Below are positions 16,247 through 25,221 of a DNA stretch of 64,000 bases, piece by piece. The notes under the pieces were generated by a model, which saw nothing but the letters and a program-made list of their open reading frames with translations, was not told the origin of the DNA and did not search any database. How positions within the stretch are numbered: the stretch's first letter is position 1; the number at the start of each line of letters is the position of its first letter. The translations under genes were made by a program, and so were the position numbers. The stretch comes from a virus (lineage: Duplodnaviria > Heunggongvirae > Uroviricota > Caudoviricetes), in the IMG/VR virus record IMGVR_UViG_3300042256_000013, positions 64,001-128,000 of that record; one strand, 5' to 3'.

Positions 16247-16666
16247 AATATTTTTCAAAACATCCGAAAGAAATTGTCCAGGCTCAAGTTCTATATAATC
16301 TGATTCATCATACTGTAATTCAAAGATGAAATCATCCCAATTTTCTTCAAGGTAAGTAATGAAGCTTTCGGGAGAACCACGTTCTCTATATCTCTCGATA
16401 TATTCTTCACCTAAATCAACTTCAGGATACACATTGGTATACTTCATACCAAGTGTTTGTAACAATTTTCTAACTGATTCATGAGTACTGATAAGTATAT
16501 ACTCATAACCATTATTCTCGGCATCAATAATAGCCTGAATATAATTCAATGGAAATGTTTTAATCTTACTGTAACCAGAACTATCTAAATCAATAACGTT
16601 ATCATTGTTCTGAACTACAGTACTTTTACCAATACCAGGGAAACCGCAAATAATCTTAGCTGCCAT
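16244..16666 (-). CDS. P-loop NTPase/kinase-like protein
   Basis: IICGFPGIGKS Walker A. Confidence 0.75.
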   Translation of the reverse strand: MAAKIICGFPGIGKSTVVQNNDNVIDLDSSGYSKIKTFPLNYIQAIIDAENNGYEYILISTHESVRKLLQTLGMKYTNVYPEVDLGEEYIERYRERGSPESFITYLEENWDDFIFELQYDESDYIELEPGQFLSDVLKNI

Positions 16667-17339
16667 ACTTCTCTAATTTGTTCCTGAACTGTACACCATC
16701 TTCAGTGTACGTTTGTGCCAATTTTGGATTTTGTGTGTTGTTAACATCGTTGATCATAATTGGTACGAAGGATACACGAATGAATGTGCGAACCTTACCA
16801 GTACTTACAATAGGACGACGATGAAGAATGTAAGGATCTAAACAATAAACCACATTCTCTTTACAACTTTTCACTTCAGACGTGATGTTCTTCTCAAGGA
16901 AGTAATTCACGTTGTGTTTCAGTGGATCGAAATCTTCAGGAAACTTAACAGAAACATTGGTGTATTCTGTCGGAATACGATTAGTCCAAATGTAGTTCTG
17001 TTCAGGAACATGAGCGACCTTAGTACTGAAACCATCAACATGCCATTCGTCATCAGTTACTGATTTAACAACACCATGACGTACAGTAATGTAGCAGTAC
17101 TGTTTATCAGAATCAATCGCATTTTTCTGATGCGTAAGAGCTTCTACCAGTACTGGTGTTAACCAACGGAGATTATCAGGAAGAACCAGATTTTCACCAT
17201 CAGCACATACACACATACGTAAAATATATTGTTCATCGAAAGGACATACTACATGAACTTCCGATAATTCAATTGGTTCAACATTGTTTTCAAATTCACT
17301 TACAGAAACATTACGCTTTGCTCGTTCAATGATACTCAT
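16656..17339 (-). CDS. Putative 2OG-Fe(II) dioxygenase-fold protein
   Basis: WHVDG...LHRRP...RTFIRVSF (HxD...H...R pattern). Confidence 0.6.
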   Translation of the reverse strand: MSIIERAKRNVSVSEFENNVEPIELSEVHVVCPFDEQYILRMCVCADGENLVLPDNLRWLTPVLVEALTHQKNAIDSDKQYCYITVRHGVVKSVTDDEWHVDGFSTKVAHVPEQNYIWTNRIPTEYTNVSVKFPEDFDPLKHNVNYFLEKNITSEVKSCKENVVYCLDPYILHRRPIVSTGKVRTFIRVSFVPIMINDVNNTQNPKLAQTYTEDGVQFRNKLEKYGS

Positions 17340-17354
17340 GATGTACCTCTTATT

Positions 17355-17376
17355 TAAAATAGGGCATTGCTGCCCC
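17355..17376 (-). terminator. Rho-independent terminator
   Basis: GGGGCAGCAATGCCC followed by TATTTT. Confidence 0.55.
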
Positions 17377-17377
17377 G

Positions 17378-17860
17378 TTAGTCCAGTACTACTTCTTCGT
17401 CTGAGCTACGTTTAGTAGCTTTCTTTGGTGCATCAGGTGATTCCTGATTACCAGAAGTATTATCCAGAGATTTTTCAAGTTTCATAATACGCTTGAAAGT
17501 TTTAATGTCAGGTTTGTTACAAGCCCATTCTTTACTATCAGTTGCACCGTAACGATACAAATTCCCGTATGAATAGTACTTATTACCTACCCAAATGGAA
17601 CCTGCCTTTAAACCATTTTCTTTATCGATAAAGATAAGTTCTTTGGTTTCACGGCGAACAGTTAACAAGCCAGCTTCATACTTATCCATAAGAAGGTTCA
17701 GCTTAACTGTCGCTTCTTCATTATAAGTTAAAGATGACATTAAGAACTGAGCAGTTTTCAATCGTTCAGTACCCATAGATGTAGTTACAGCCAACATCCA
17801 AATAATGAACAACACCAAAACCGTCAGAATACCATATATTGCTATAGCAGTAATAGACAT
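17378..17860 (-). CDS. Membrane-anchored hypothetical protein
   Basis: 160 aa, N-terminal TM. Confidence 0.75.
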   Translation of the reverse strand: MSITAIAIYGILTVLVLFIIWMLAVTTSMGTERLKTAQFLMSSLTYNEEATVKLNLLMDKYEAGLLTVRRETKELIFIDKENGLKAGSIWVGNKYYSYGNLYRYGATDSKEWACNKPDIKTFKRIMKLEKSLDNTSGNQESPDAPKKATKRSSDEEVVLD

Positions 17861-17872
17861 TTTTCTCTCCAG

Positions 17873-18115
17873 TTACGAGTTAATTATTTCAGAAATAACC
17901 ACTTCTTTCAGATCACGGAAGTCCATTTTACGACCACGAATATCATAGATGAGGCTAGATTGCAATTGACGCAACTTAGCAAGATGCTTTGTTTCGTCTT
18001 TTGTTTTGTTCTCTATAGAATCAACTTCATCGATTTCAATCATAACCAATTTGAGTTGACTTGTCAAGAGTTCAATACGCTTATGTAGGTTTTTGAGTTC
18101 AGTAGCACTTTTCAT
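17873..18115 (-). CDS. Coiled-coil hypothetical protein
   Basis: 80 aa ORF. Confidence 0.7.
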   Translation of the reverse strand: MKSATELKNLHKRIELLTSQLKLVMIEIDEVDSIENKTKDETKHLAKLRQLQSSLIYDIRGRKMDFRDLKEVVISEIINS

Positions 18116-18179
18116 GATACGTATTTCCTTTTCACTTACTTAAAGATGCCGCTAACGATGTTAACGGCATTGGCTGGCA

Positions 18180-18395
18180 TTACTTGTGGTAACGTGCCTT
18201 GCTCTGAGCTTTGCGGATTTCGTGCAGTTCAGTCTGCAACGATTTCTTCCAGTCCAGAAGATGTGCATAGCAGATCTTAGACTTATCGCTGTTAGCGAAC
18301 GGAGCCAGCAGTGCATCTGCCTGAGCAATCTGGAACTGAATGTAGTTCACGTTGCGTTCTACTTCGCCAATATCAGTAATAGTATTTTTAGCCAT
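18180..18395 (-). CDS. Hypothetical protein
   Basis: 71 aa ORF. Confidence 0.7.
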   Translation of the reverse strand: MAKNTITDIGEVERNVNYIQFQIAQADALLAPFANSDKSKICYAHLLDWKKSLQTELHEIRKAQSKARYHK

Positions 18396-18484
18396 GTTTT
18401 TTAATGCCCTTTTCGTTATTCATTAGATAAGTACCTTCGAAGTGAAGTATACCTGATACGTTTTTTCATCCGTCGATGTAGTAC

Positions 18485-18513
18485 ATAGTACTGGAATCTG
18501 GCAGCCCTGTCAA
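18485..18513 (-). promoter_or_regulatory. sigma70-type promoter
   Basis: TTGACA-N17-TACTAT. Confidence 0.8.
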
Positions 18514-18521
18514 GGACTTTT

Positions 18522-19022
18522 TTACAGTTGAAGACCGTAGTCAAGGATTACTATTTCACCGTTAACATCTTCACCCATATTGTCAAACCCTACGTCATAC
18601 AGTATATCACAAATTTCATCCTGCGTCAAGCCGCTTTCTTTAAATTTGTTCGCGAAATTCGTGAATTTTACGTTTTTATTCGATTTAAGAAAGTATTCAA
18701 CTTTATCTGGATTGAACTGAATGTCAAATACAAGTTGATCAATCTTTTGCATAAAGTTTAAAGGAATATCATACATACAATTGTATGGAGTAACACGTTC
18801 CATTATTATACGCGTTTCGTTGCTACTGTCAACCAAAATTTTACACAACGGCAACTTAGAACCGTACTTAATATAAGTTTCCAATTCTCTTCGACATTGT
18901 TCTATACCCCAAGAAGACGTACCATCTTGATATTTGGCAACCTTTATTACCAAGTTATCGTTGATTTCATAAACTGTACGTGATACACCTTCATTTATGT
19001 ATTTAAAGGGTTCAGTTAACAT
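18522..19022 (-). CDS. Protein-kinase-like fold protein
   Basis: GVSRTVY...VIKVAK...E...NMG...ILDYGL. Confidence 0.6.
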   Translation of the reverse strand: MLTEPFKYINEGVSRTVYEINDNLVIKVAKYQDGTSSWGIEQCRRELETYIKYGSKLPLCKILVDSSNETRIIMERVTPYNCMYDIPLNFMQKIDQLVFDIQFNPDKVEYFLKSNKNVKFTNFANKFKESGLTQDEICDILYDVGFDNMGEDVNGEIVILDYGLQL

Positions 19023-19047
19023 GGAGTATTCTCTTATTATCTCAATT

Positions 19048-19071
19048 AAAAAGGAGAACCGAAGTTCTCCT
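19048..19071 (-). terminator. Rho-independent terminator
   Basis: AGGAGAAC-TTCG-GTTCTCCT-TTTT after the autotransporter gene. Confidence 0.85.
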
Positions 19072-19082
19072 GTTACGTAGTA

Positions 19083-20678
19083 TTACCACTCTACGCCTAC
19101 ACCAGCACCCCAAAGTACTTCAGACTGCGTGTTAGTACTGACGGATACTTTAGTGGTTACACTGTTAGTTACGCGAGCACTGAAGCCCACTGCAACTGCT
19201 TGTTCGCCATCATACCCACCGATACCAGCACCCACTGAGAAGTTACCATCACGAGTAACTTGTGGAATGTTAGCCATTGCACCTGCACCTGCGATACCAG
19301 CACTTGCTACTTTACGGTTATCACCGATACGTTTATCAATATCGTTGAAACGTTTGTTAGTACTTTGTTCCAGATTGGATACACGACCTTCGACAGTACC
19401 AATACGTTGAGTATTGCTGGTAATGCGTTCATCATGTTGTACCAACGTAGCATCGTTAGTATCGATACGGCTTGAAAGAACGCTATCTGCTTTTTGACGG
19501 GCAGTACTTTCATTTGCCAATTCGACTTTACTTGCTTTAGTTGCGATAACTTTATCCTGATTAGAATCAGTTACAGCCTGGGCAGCCTTGTTCTGGTCGA
19601 TGTTAGCTTTCAATGCAGTATCAGCAGAGATACGATTATAAGTTTCAGTACTGAGAGCCTTATCTTGTTTAGCGTCAGTTTTAGCCTGTTCCGCTTTATT
19701 CTGATCGATATTGTTCTTCAACGCAGTATCGGCATTAGCACGAGTTTTAGCTTCAGAATCAATATTGGATTGAAGTACTTTATCAGCGTCTTTACGTGCT
19801 GCGACTTCTTTATTCAGATCAGCTTTGTCAGCTTTAGTTACAGCAAGACCGACAATAGCGGCATCTTGTGCGGCATCATGAACAGCTTGCTTCACTTTAT
19901 CAACGGCATAGGTAGATTTATCTACTTTACCATCAATTGCAGCGTTTTGATTTGCATCAGTTACTGCCTGGTCTGCTTTGTTCTTGTCAATATTGGCCTG
20001 AAGTTCTTTGTCACCATTTTGGCGGTCAGATACTTCTTTATCCAATGCTGCTTGGTCTGCTTTACCAGAGATCGCTTTATCTTGCTCATCATTTTTGGCT
20101 TCTACACCATCCAAACGAGTTGCATTATCAATGCTGCGAGCATCAGTTACTGCTAACTGATCGTTGGTTTCACGAATTGCACCTTCAGTTGCATCGGCAC
20201 GATGCTCCAGATCGGTTGCACGGTCATTAGCTGTTTGTGCAGCATCTTGAACGGCATTGATATGGTCATCTTGATCTTTGTCAACCGCAGCTTGTTTGTC
20301 GTCTTGCTTTTGTTGACTTTCGTCAAGTTGTTGTTGAGTAATACCCGAACCACCATTTGAACCACCACCTGGATTAGTAGGTGTTGTTGGAACAATTGGT
20401 TTCCATGAATTGCTTCCGTCACTTTCACAATAACCGTCAAATTGGTTATTTTCAATAGCAGTTTTCCAGCTATTGGCGACTTGCCATGCTTTAGTAGCAG
20501 TTTCATTGCTTGCTACAGCAGCATTGACGTTATTCACAAAGCCATTCCAATTACCTTGGGAATCGTTTTGTTTATACGAATTGTAATTTGAACACGCAGA
20601 GGTTAATTCCCCCTTTGCGTCAGCAAACACATTGCTGGACAATGCCAACAACGCTACCGCTATCAAAATCTTTTTCAT
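19083..20678 (-). CDS. YadA-family trimeric autotransporter adhesin
   Basis: Signal MKKILIAVALLALSSNVFA, coiled-coil stalk, C-terminal anchor AGIAGAGAMANIPQ...VGAGIGGYDGEQAVAVG...GAGVGVEW. Confidence 0.92.
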   Translation of the reverse strand: MKKILIAVALLALSSNVFADAKGELTSACSNYNSYKQNDSQGNWNGFVNNVNAAVASNETATKAWQVANSWKTAIENNQFDGYCESDGSNSWKPIVPTTPTNPGGGSNGGSGITQQQLDESQQKQDDKQAAVDKDQDDHINAVQDAAQTANDRATDLEHRADATEGAIRETNDQLAVTDARSIDNATRLDGVEAKNDEQDKAISGKADQAALDKEVSDRQNGDKELQANIDKNKADQAVTDANQNAAIDGKVDKSTYAVDKVKQAVHDAAQDAAIVGLAVTKADKADLNKEVAARKDADKVLQSNIDSEAKTRANADTALKNNIDQNKAEQAKTDAKQDKALSTETYNRISADTALKANIDQNKAAQAVTDSNQDKVIATKASKVELANESTARQKADSVLSSRIDTNDATLVQHDERITSNTQRIGTVEGRVSNLEQSTNKRFNDIDKRIGDNRKVASAGIAGAGAMANIPQVTRDGNFSVGAGIGGYDGEQAVAVGFSARVTNSVTTKVSVSTNTQSEVLWGAGVGVEW

Positions 20679-20856
20679 TTTTTCACCCTTGAGGTAAATT
20701 GAAGTTTGAACTACATTTAAACCAGTCTCACTGGCCTTGAACAACATAGTACAGGAACGCTACGAGACAGTCAAGTACTTTTTAGCTGTTTTTTTACGAT
20801 TTTCTCGAACCTACCATAAATATAGTAATATTTACAAACTCTTACCGGAGGTTCGA

Positions 20857-21552
20857 ATGAACAAAAATATTTCAAAAGAAGAGTTAGAATCACTTATTAA
20901 AGAATCTAATTCTATTGTTGAGGTTTTCACTAAATTAAAATTATCAAATCTCGATTCAAGTAATCATTATAGAATTTTTAGAGAACTTGTTCAAAAATTT
21001 AATATTGATTGTTCACACTTTACTCGTGGTTCCAAAGTGAATAGAACATATGTTGCTAAAAGAGAAATATCTGAATATCTTGAAAATAAATTTCCAATAC
21101 AATCTAATAAGCTCAAAAAGAGACTATTAGCTGAAAATATATTGGAACATAAATGTTCAGTCTGTAATAATGATACTTGGATGAATTCACCTATCCCTAT
21201 CGAATTAGATCATATAGATGGAAATTCAAGTAACAATAACTTAAGTAATCTTAGATTACTATGTCCAAATTGTCATGCTCAAACTGATAACTATTGTGGT
21301 AAAAATATCAAAAAGGGTAAAAAGAATCAAAAACAATTCATTAAACCACCTAAAGAAATCAAAGAAAAGGAACCATATATTAGATCTAAAAAGTGTTCTT
21401 TGTCAGATGAAGAAATATACAGTACTTTTATTTCTAATAACAAAAACTATACACATACCGGAAAAGCTTTAGGAATTTCTGATAATGCTGTACGTAAAAG
21501 AATTAAAAACATAGTTGGTGGGAATAGTCGGACTCGAACCGACACGGATTAA
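20857..21552 (+). mobile_element. Free-standing HNH homing endonuclease gene
   Basis: GGAGG RBS then ATG at 20857; CSVC...IELDHIDGNSSNNNLSNLRLLCPNCH; only plus-strand gene. Confidence 0.9.
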
Positions 21553-21601
21553 ACCGCCACATTTTGAGTGTGGTGCGTACTACCAATTTCGCCATATTCC
21601 C
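21516..21601 (-). tRNA. tRNA-Leu(CAA)
   Basis: CCACA-CTCAAAA-TGTGG, long variable arm, CCA. Confidence 0.95.
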
Positions 21602-21606
21602 AAATT

Positions 21607-21636
21607 AAAAAGCCCTTTATCAAAGGGCTTTTTTTT
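21607..21636. terminator. Bidirectional terminator
   Basis: AAAAAGCCCTTT-ATC-AAAGGGCTTTTTTTT. Confidence 0.85.
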
Positions 21637-21638
21637 AT

Positions 21639-22013
21639 TTACAGTACCTGAATTTTCGTAATATGAAGACGATCAGCCGAAATCTCAATATTAGTATGTT
21701 CAGATACATATTCAGCCAGTTTAGGCAGAATTGATTCTTCAGTCAGTTGACCATTTGAGTAATGATACAGGTTCGCCGTAAAGTGCTCATTTGGTTCTGA
21801 GACAAAGTTGTACTCCACGTATACCGCGTTAGTACCTTCTGGTACTTTACCATCTGCTTCTGCAATGATCTGCTGAACGGACTTACCAACAGTAGTTGGT
21901 GAATACCAGATGATAGCAGTGATCATACCAGCAAAGATTGCCAACGGAATTTGACCGAAAGAGAACAGAATAATAGCAATGGCCAGGAAAAGTACTTCGA
22001 AGAATGGTTTCAT
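21639..22013 (-). CDS. Membrane protein
   Basis: 124 aa, two N-terminal TM segments. Confidence 0.75.
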   Translation of the reverse strand: MKPFFEVLFLAIAIILFSFGQIPLAIFAGMITAIIWYSPTTVGKSVQQIIAEADGKVPEGTNAVYVEYNFVSEPNEHFTANLYHYSNGQLTEESILPKLAEYVSEHTNIEISADRLHITKIQVL

Positions 22014-22162
22014 GTTTGTTTCCTATTAATTAGGTATTCAATAAAGCATCCAGCGATAAACACTATGATGCCGACAAATGCAATTATAACACTCTTTGTA
22101 ACTATCGTCAACAACGCAATGATAATAATAATTGCAATTAAAATTTCGTAGAAGTATTTCAT
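22010..22162 (-). CDS. Small membrane protein
   Basis: Start MKYFYEIL, 50 aa. Confidence 0.65.
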   Translation of the reverse strand: MKYFYEILIAIIIIIALLTIVTKSVIIAFVGIIVFIAGCFIEYLINRKQT

Positions 22163-22175
22163 ACCCCACCCCCAT

Positions 22176-22204
22176 ATGATAGCGGGGTGTTGGCATTCTG
22201 TCAA
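22176..22204 (-). promoter_or_regulatory. sigma70-type promoter
   Basis: TTGACA-N17-TATCAT. Confidence 0.75.
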
Positions 22205-22225
22205 GCGTTTCCCGCTGATTTTTTC

Positions 22226-22855
22226 TTAGTAATAACCTGATACGTTGAACATTGTGCCGTTCGCATCAAAGTACGTTACTTCGTCAATGCTACCAGACGC
22301 AGCAAACTGATTGTCTGCTGTATGGTCGCCCTGACCTTCGAAACGTACATCAATACCTTCAATACTGAATGAACCGCAATAACCATCAACAATAATAGGA
22401 ATTGCTGCTGATGGTGCATAGAGATCTTCGTTATTAGGTATTTCGTATTTAGTACCGTCATTTCCAATAATAATTAGCACTTCTTCAGTACCGTCAATTA
22501 CAGTACCGGATTTCATTTGACGGTCAACGGAGTACGTCCGTTGTACTTCATTAATGAAATGGATATTAGTACCAACAAGTGGAATTCCAGTTTCTTCATC
22601 CATGTTAGTACTGTTCCAGTCGTCATCATTCATTAAGAATGGTGCACGGTGCCAATCATCTTCATCCATCCATGCCAACCCAATACTGATACCCTCAATA
22701 ATACGGGAGATCAGTTCTTCGTTTTGAGGAACATTTTGGATGCTAAAAGTTTCATTACTGTAACCATCAGCATCGCCATGCATGAATTCAACTTTAACAC
22801 GTAATGTGTTTTTTGGATTTGTTGATGGTACTGCTGGTGTAAGCTTAATTGCCAT
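22226..22855 (-). CDS. Hypothetical protein (FMHGD family)
   Basis: VEFMHGDADG...VTYFDANG shared with 34623..35030. Confidence 0.8.
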   Translation of the reverse strand: MAIKLTPAVPSTNPKNTLRVKVEFMHGDADGYSNETFSIQNVPQNEELISRIIEGISIGLAWMDEDDWHRAPFLMNDDDWNSTNMDEETGIPLVGTNIHFINEVQRTYSVDRQMKSGTVIDGTEEVLIIIGNDGTKYEIPNNEDLYAPSAAIPIIVDGYCGSFSIEGIDVRFEGQGDHTADNQFAASGSIDEVTYFDANGTMFNVSGYY

Positions 22856-23105
22856 TAGGTAATACCTTCTTAGCGGAGTTAATTACATTTTCGACAACAT
22901 CACCGATTACTTTGTCCAATTTAGACATTTCACCTGGTTGATAATGATATTTTTTGTAACGATCATATGTAGTCGGATTTTCCGATTTAGATGATTGTTC
23001 ACGTGCAACAGCAGGGTCAACCATAGTTACATCAGTACTGACGTAATCTTTAAAATCTTGAACCGTAGCTTTGATAATACGTTTAAGTTCATCTGCGATA
23101 TACAT
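22845..23105 (-). CDS. Hypothetical protein
   Basis: 86 aa, GAGGA RBS. Confidence 0.75.
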   Translation of the reverse strand: MYIADELKRIIKATVQDFKDYVSTDVTMVDPAVAREQSSKSENPTTYDRYKKYHYQPGEMSKLDKVIGDVVENVINSAKKVLPNGN

Positions 23106-23125
23106 AATACATCCTCATTTTTTTG

Positions 23126-23242
23126 CGGTGAGTGCAGGAATCGAACCTACGACGACGGCGTGACAGGCAATAAGTGTATGCTGTTAGATTCAGTACTGGA
23201 ATCCATTTTATAAACGCTATTTTACCACTAAACTAACTCACC
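23126..23242 (-). ncRNA. tRNA-Asp(GTC)-like RNA with ~46-nt CAGCA-module insert
   Basis: GGTGAGT/ACTCACC acceptor; GCG-[..GGATTC-CAGTACT-GAATCT-AACAGCA..]-GC-CTGTCAC-GCCGT; T arm GTAGG-TTCGATT-CCTGC. Confidence 0.85.
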
Positions 23243-23248
23243 AGATTT

Positions 23249-23605
23249 TTAAGTGCGATTAGGACGTGAGTTTTTGATTAACTCAACACCCGCAGAAGTA
23301 CAACGTTCAATTTGAGCGTTATACAGTTTCTCTACAACATCTTTATCAGAACTATGTAGATAGATTTGTTTCAGTTTCGGAAAAGCATTACGCTTCAGAC
23401 GGAGAGTTACCATCAAAAGCAAATCAGCCCCCGTATGGGTACGATCCCCCAGGAAGTTATCAAAGTGCAGTACTTCAACTTCTTCACTATTATCGAAAAT
23501 GAAGTTCCTTGCTTCCCACCACTCTTTCAGCCAAATAATACCTTCTGCTTGTTCAGCCGTCAAATGGTTTTCAGGATTACGAATATCATCTACGTAAATT
23601 TTCAT
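23249..23605 (-). CDS. Cyclic-phosphate-processing Receiver-like domain protein, paralog 1
   Basis: MKIYVDDIRNP...LHFDNFLG...TGADL...IYLHSSD pattern. Confidence 0.7.
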   Translation of the reverse strand: MKIYVDDIRNPENHLTAEQAEGIIWLKEWWEARNFIFDNSEEVEVLHFDNFLGDRTHTGADLLLMVTLRLKRNAFPKLKQIYLHSSDKDVVEKLYNAQIERCTSAGVELIKNSRPNRT

Positions 23606-23970
23606 TAGTAGTTGTTCCTCTGACTGTTATTGATTAATTCAACGCCAGCTTGTGCAAGTTCTTCAGAGAAGTTTTGAATCAATCCTTCAACTGTATCAGT
23701 ATCAGATGAATGCAAATAGATCTTTTTCAGATTTACCCATTCTTCTTTACCGCCCCACATACAATCACCAGATACCATATGGAACAAATCAGTACCAGTT
23801 AGTGTTGGTTCATCCATGTAGTGGTCGAAATGGATTACTTCAATAGAAGCAGCATTTTCAATTAAGAAGCGTTTGGCCTCCCACCATTCTTTAATCCATA
23901 CAATCCCTTCTGATTCTTCAGCAGAAAGATAACGGGCTGGATCACGAATATCATCAATATAAACTTTCAT
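23605..23970 (-). CDS. Cyclic-phosphate-processing Receiver-like domain protein, paralog 2
   Basis: MKVYIDDIRDP...IHFDHYM...TGTDL...IYLHSSD. Confidence 0.7.
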   Translation of the reverse strand: MKVYIDDIRDPARYLSAEESEGIVWIKEWWEAKRFLIENAASIEVIHFDHYMDEPTLTGTDLFHMVSGDCMWGGKEEWVNLKKIYLHSSDTDTVEGLIQNFSEELAQAGVELINNSQRNNY

Positions 23971-23971
23971 A

Positions 23972-24286
23972 TTAATGTCCACCATCAACAGTTAAATGTT
24001 TACCACCTGAAGTGGCAATAAAACGGTCAACACCGCAACCACGTGGATCAATTTCAGAAACTTTGAAATCAGCTTCACCGAGATCTACGTAAGTCGTAGT
24101 ACCGAAAGTACGGTCTACCCGTAATTCATACACATGGTTTTCCTGAAGTTCCTGAACACCATTCGCCGAAAAACATTTTGGTACTATATGACCAATAATG
24201 ATACCACCAGGCATAACCTGGATACGTGCAGTAATAGCCATTTCTGTACCCTCATTCGCGACAATTGAAAACGGTATCATCTTCAT
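23972..24286 (-). CDS. Hypothetical protein
   Basis: Likely start MKMIPF. Confidence 0.6.
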   Translation of the reverse strand: MKMIPFSIVANEGTEMAITARIQVMPGGIIIGHIVPKCFSANGVQELQENHVYELRVDRTFGTTTYVDLGEADFKVSEIDPRGCGVDRFIATSGGKHLTVDGGH

Positions 24287-24599
24287 CGGTATATTCAACC
24301 TCGAATCCACCACCTACTGTAATACAAAGCATCCAGTACTGAACATGTTCTTTATCTTCATCAGATAACGATTTATATTTTTCGTTCATCTGAACAAGTT
24401 CATGTAATAGATTTTTAGTACCTTCGCCTTTCCAGTGAGATTGGCGACAAATAATACGAGTAAACATACCAAGATGATCTTCGTATACAGTGTTATTTGC
24501 AAAAGCTAATTCACCATAATCCCTTCGAATTAACGCACGAATAAGTTTATCAGCAAATTCTTCATGATCAATTTCTGAACACATTATTTGAATCTCCAA
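24252..24599 (-). CDS. Hypothetical protein
   Basis: 115 aa below promoter at 24615. Confidence 0.65.
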   Translation of the reverse strand: MEIQIMCSEIDHEEFADKLIRALIRRDYGELAFANNTVYEDHLGMFTRIICRQSHWKGEGTKNLLHELVQMNEKYKSLSDEDKEHVQYWMLCITVGGGFEVEYTDEDDTVFNCRE

Positions 24600-24614
24600 T
24601 TAAAATGTACAGAT

Positions 24615-24643
24615 ATAATATCATGATTATTTTTTTCTGTCAA
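24615..24643 (-). promoter_or_regulatory. sigma70-type promoter
   Basis: TTGACA-N17-TATTAT. Confidence 0.8.
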
Positions 24644-24653
24644 GGAAAATTTG

Positions 24654-24775
24654 TGCAGGGGGATGGAATCGAACCACCGACACGGAGTTTTACTTAGAAG
24701 AAGATAAATGCTGTTAGAATCTTAGTACTAGATTCAATGATTTCTCTCCTGCTCTACCAACTGAGCTACCCCTGC
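24654..24775 (-). ncRNA. tRNA-like RNA (Phe-like body) with CAGCA-module insert
   Basis: GCAGGGG/CCCCTGC, GCTC-AGTTGGTA-GAGC, GGAG..GAATCT-AGTACTA-AGATTC-TAACAGCA..CTCC, GGTGG-TTCGATT-CCATC; anticodon not callable. Confidence 0.82.
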
Positions 24776-24781
24776 TATAAG

Positions 24782-25084
24782 TTATGAGTAATTCACATAA
24801 CCTTCATACTTTATATCAATTGCTGGTCGGCGTTCACCATCAGGAATAGTAAGATAACGATACAATTCAGGAACAAATTGTTCAATTGTACGCATTACAC
24901 GTTCTTTTTCTTTGATAGTACTAACGTCATGAAGTTCAATACCTACATGAAAATATTCATGCAATTCGGACTTCAATTTCTGAACAGCATCTTCATCTGA
25001 AATACTTGATTGGTTACTGAATCGAACAATAGTTCTCCATCCTTCACCAGTTGCAGCGTATTCAAAAAATATTACACTTTTCAT
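24782..25084 (-). CDS. Hypothetical protein
   Basis: 100 aa ORF. Confidence 0.75.
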   Translation of the reverse strand: MKSVIFFEYAATGEGWRTIVRFSNQSSISDEDAVQKLKSELHEYFHVGIELHDVSTIKEKERVMRTIEQFVPELYRYLTIPDGERRPAIDIKYEGYVNYS

Positions 25085-25101
25085 GTGTTATCCTTAGTTT
25101 G

Positions 25102-25213
25102 TGGAGAGGGCTGGATTCGAACCAGCGTTACGTTCTATGAATGAAATTTATGGATGCCGTAAGATTCCATCTGGAATCGCTTTTCGTGTCCTGGGCCGCT
25201 AGACGACCTCTCC
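25102..25213 (-). ncRNA. tRNA-like RNA (Glu-type D arm) with CGGCA-module insert
   Basis: GGAGAGG/CCTCTCC, GTC-TAGCGGCCCAG-GAC, GATTCC-AGAT-GGAATC-TTACGGCA, GCTGG-TTCGAAT-CCAGC. Confidence 0.82.
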
Positions 25214-25221
25214 AGTTTTAA

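Noticed and set aside
25102-25213. Opal (TCA) or Met (CAT) anticodon call for this element
   Set aside because: Both registers give non-canonical loops or unpaired stems.
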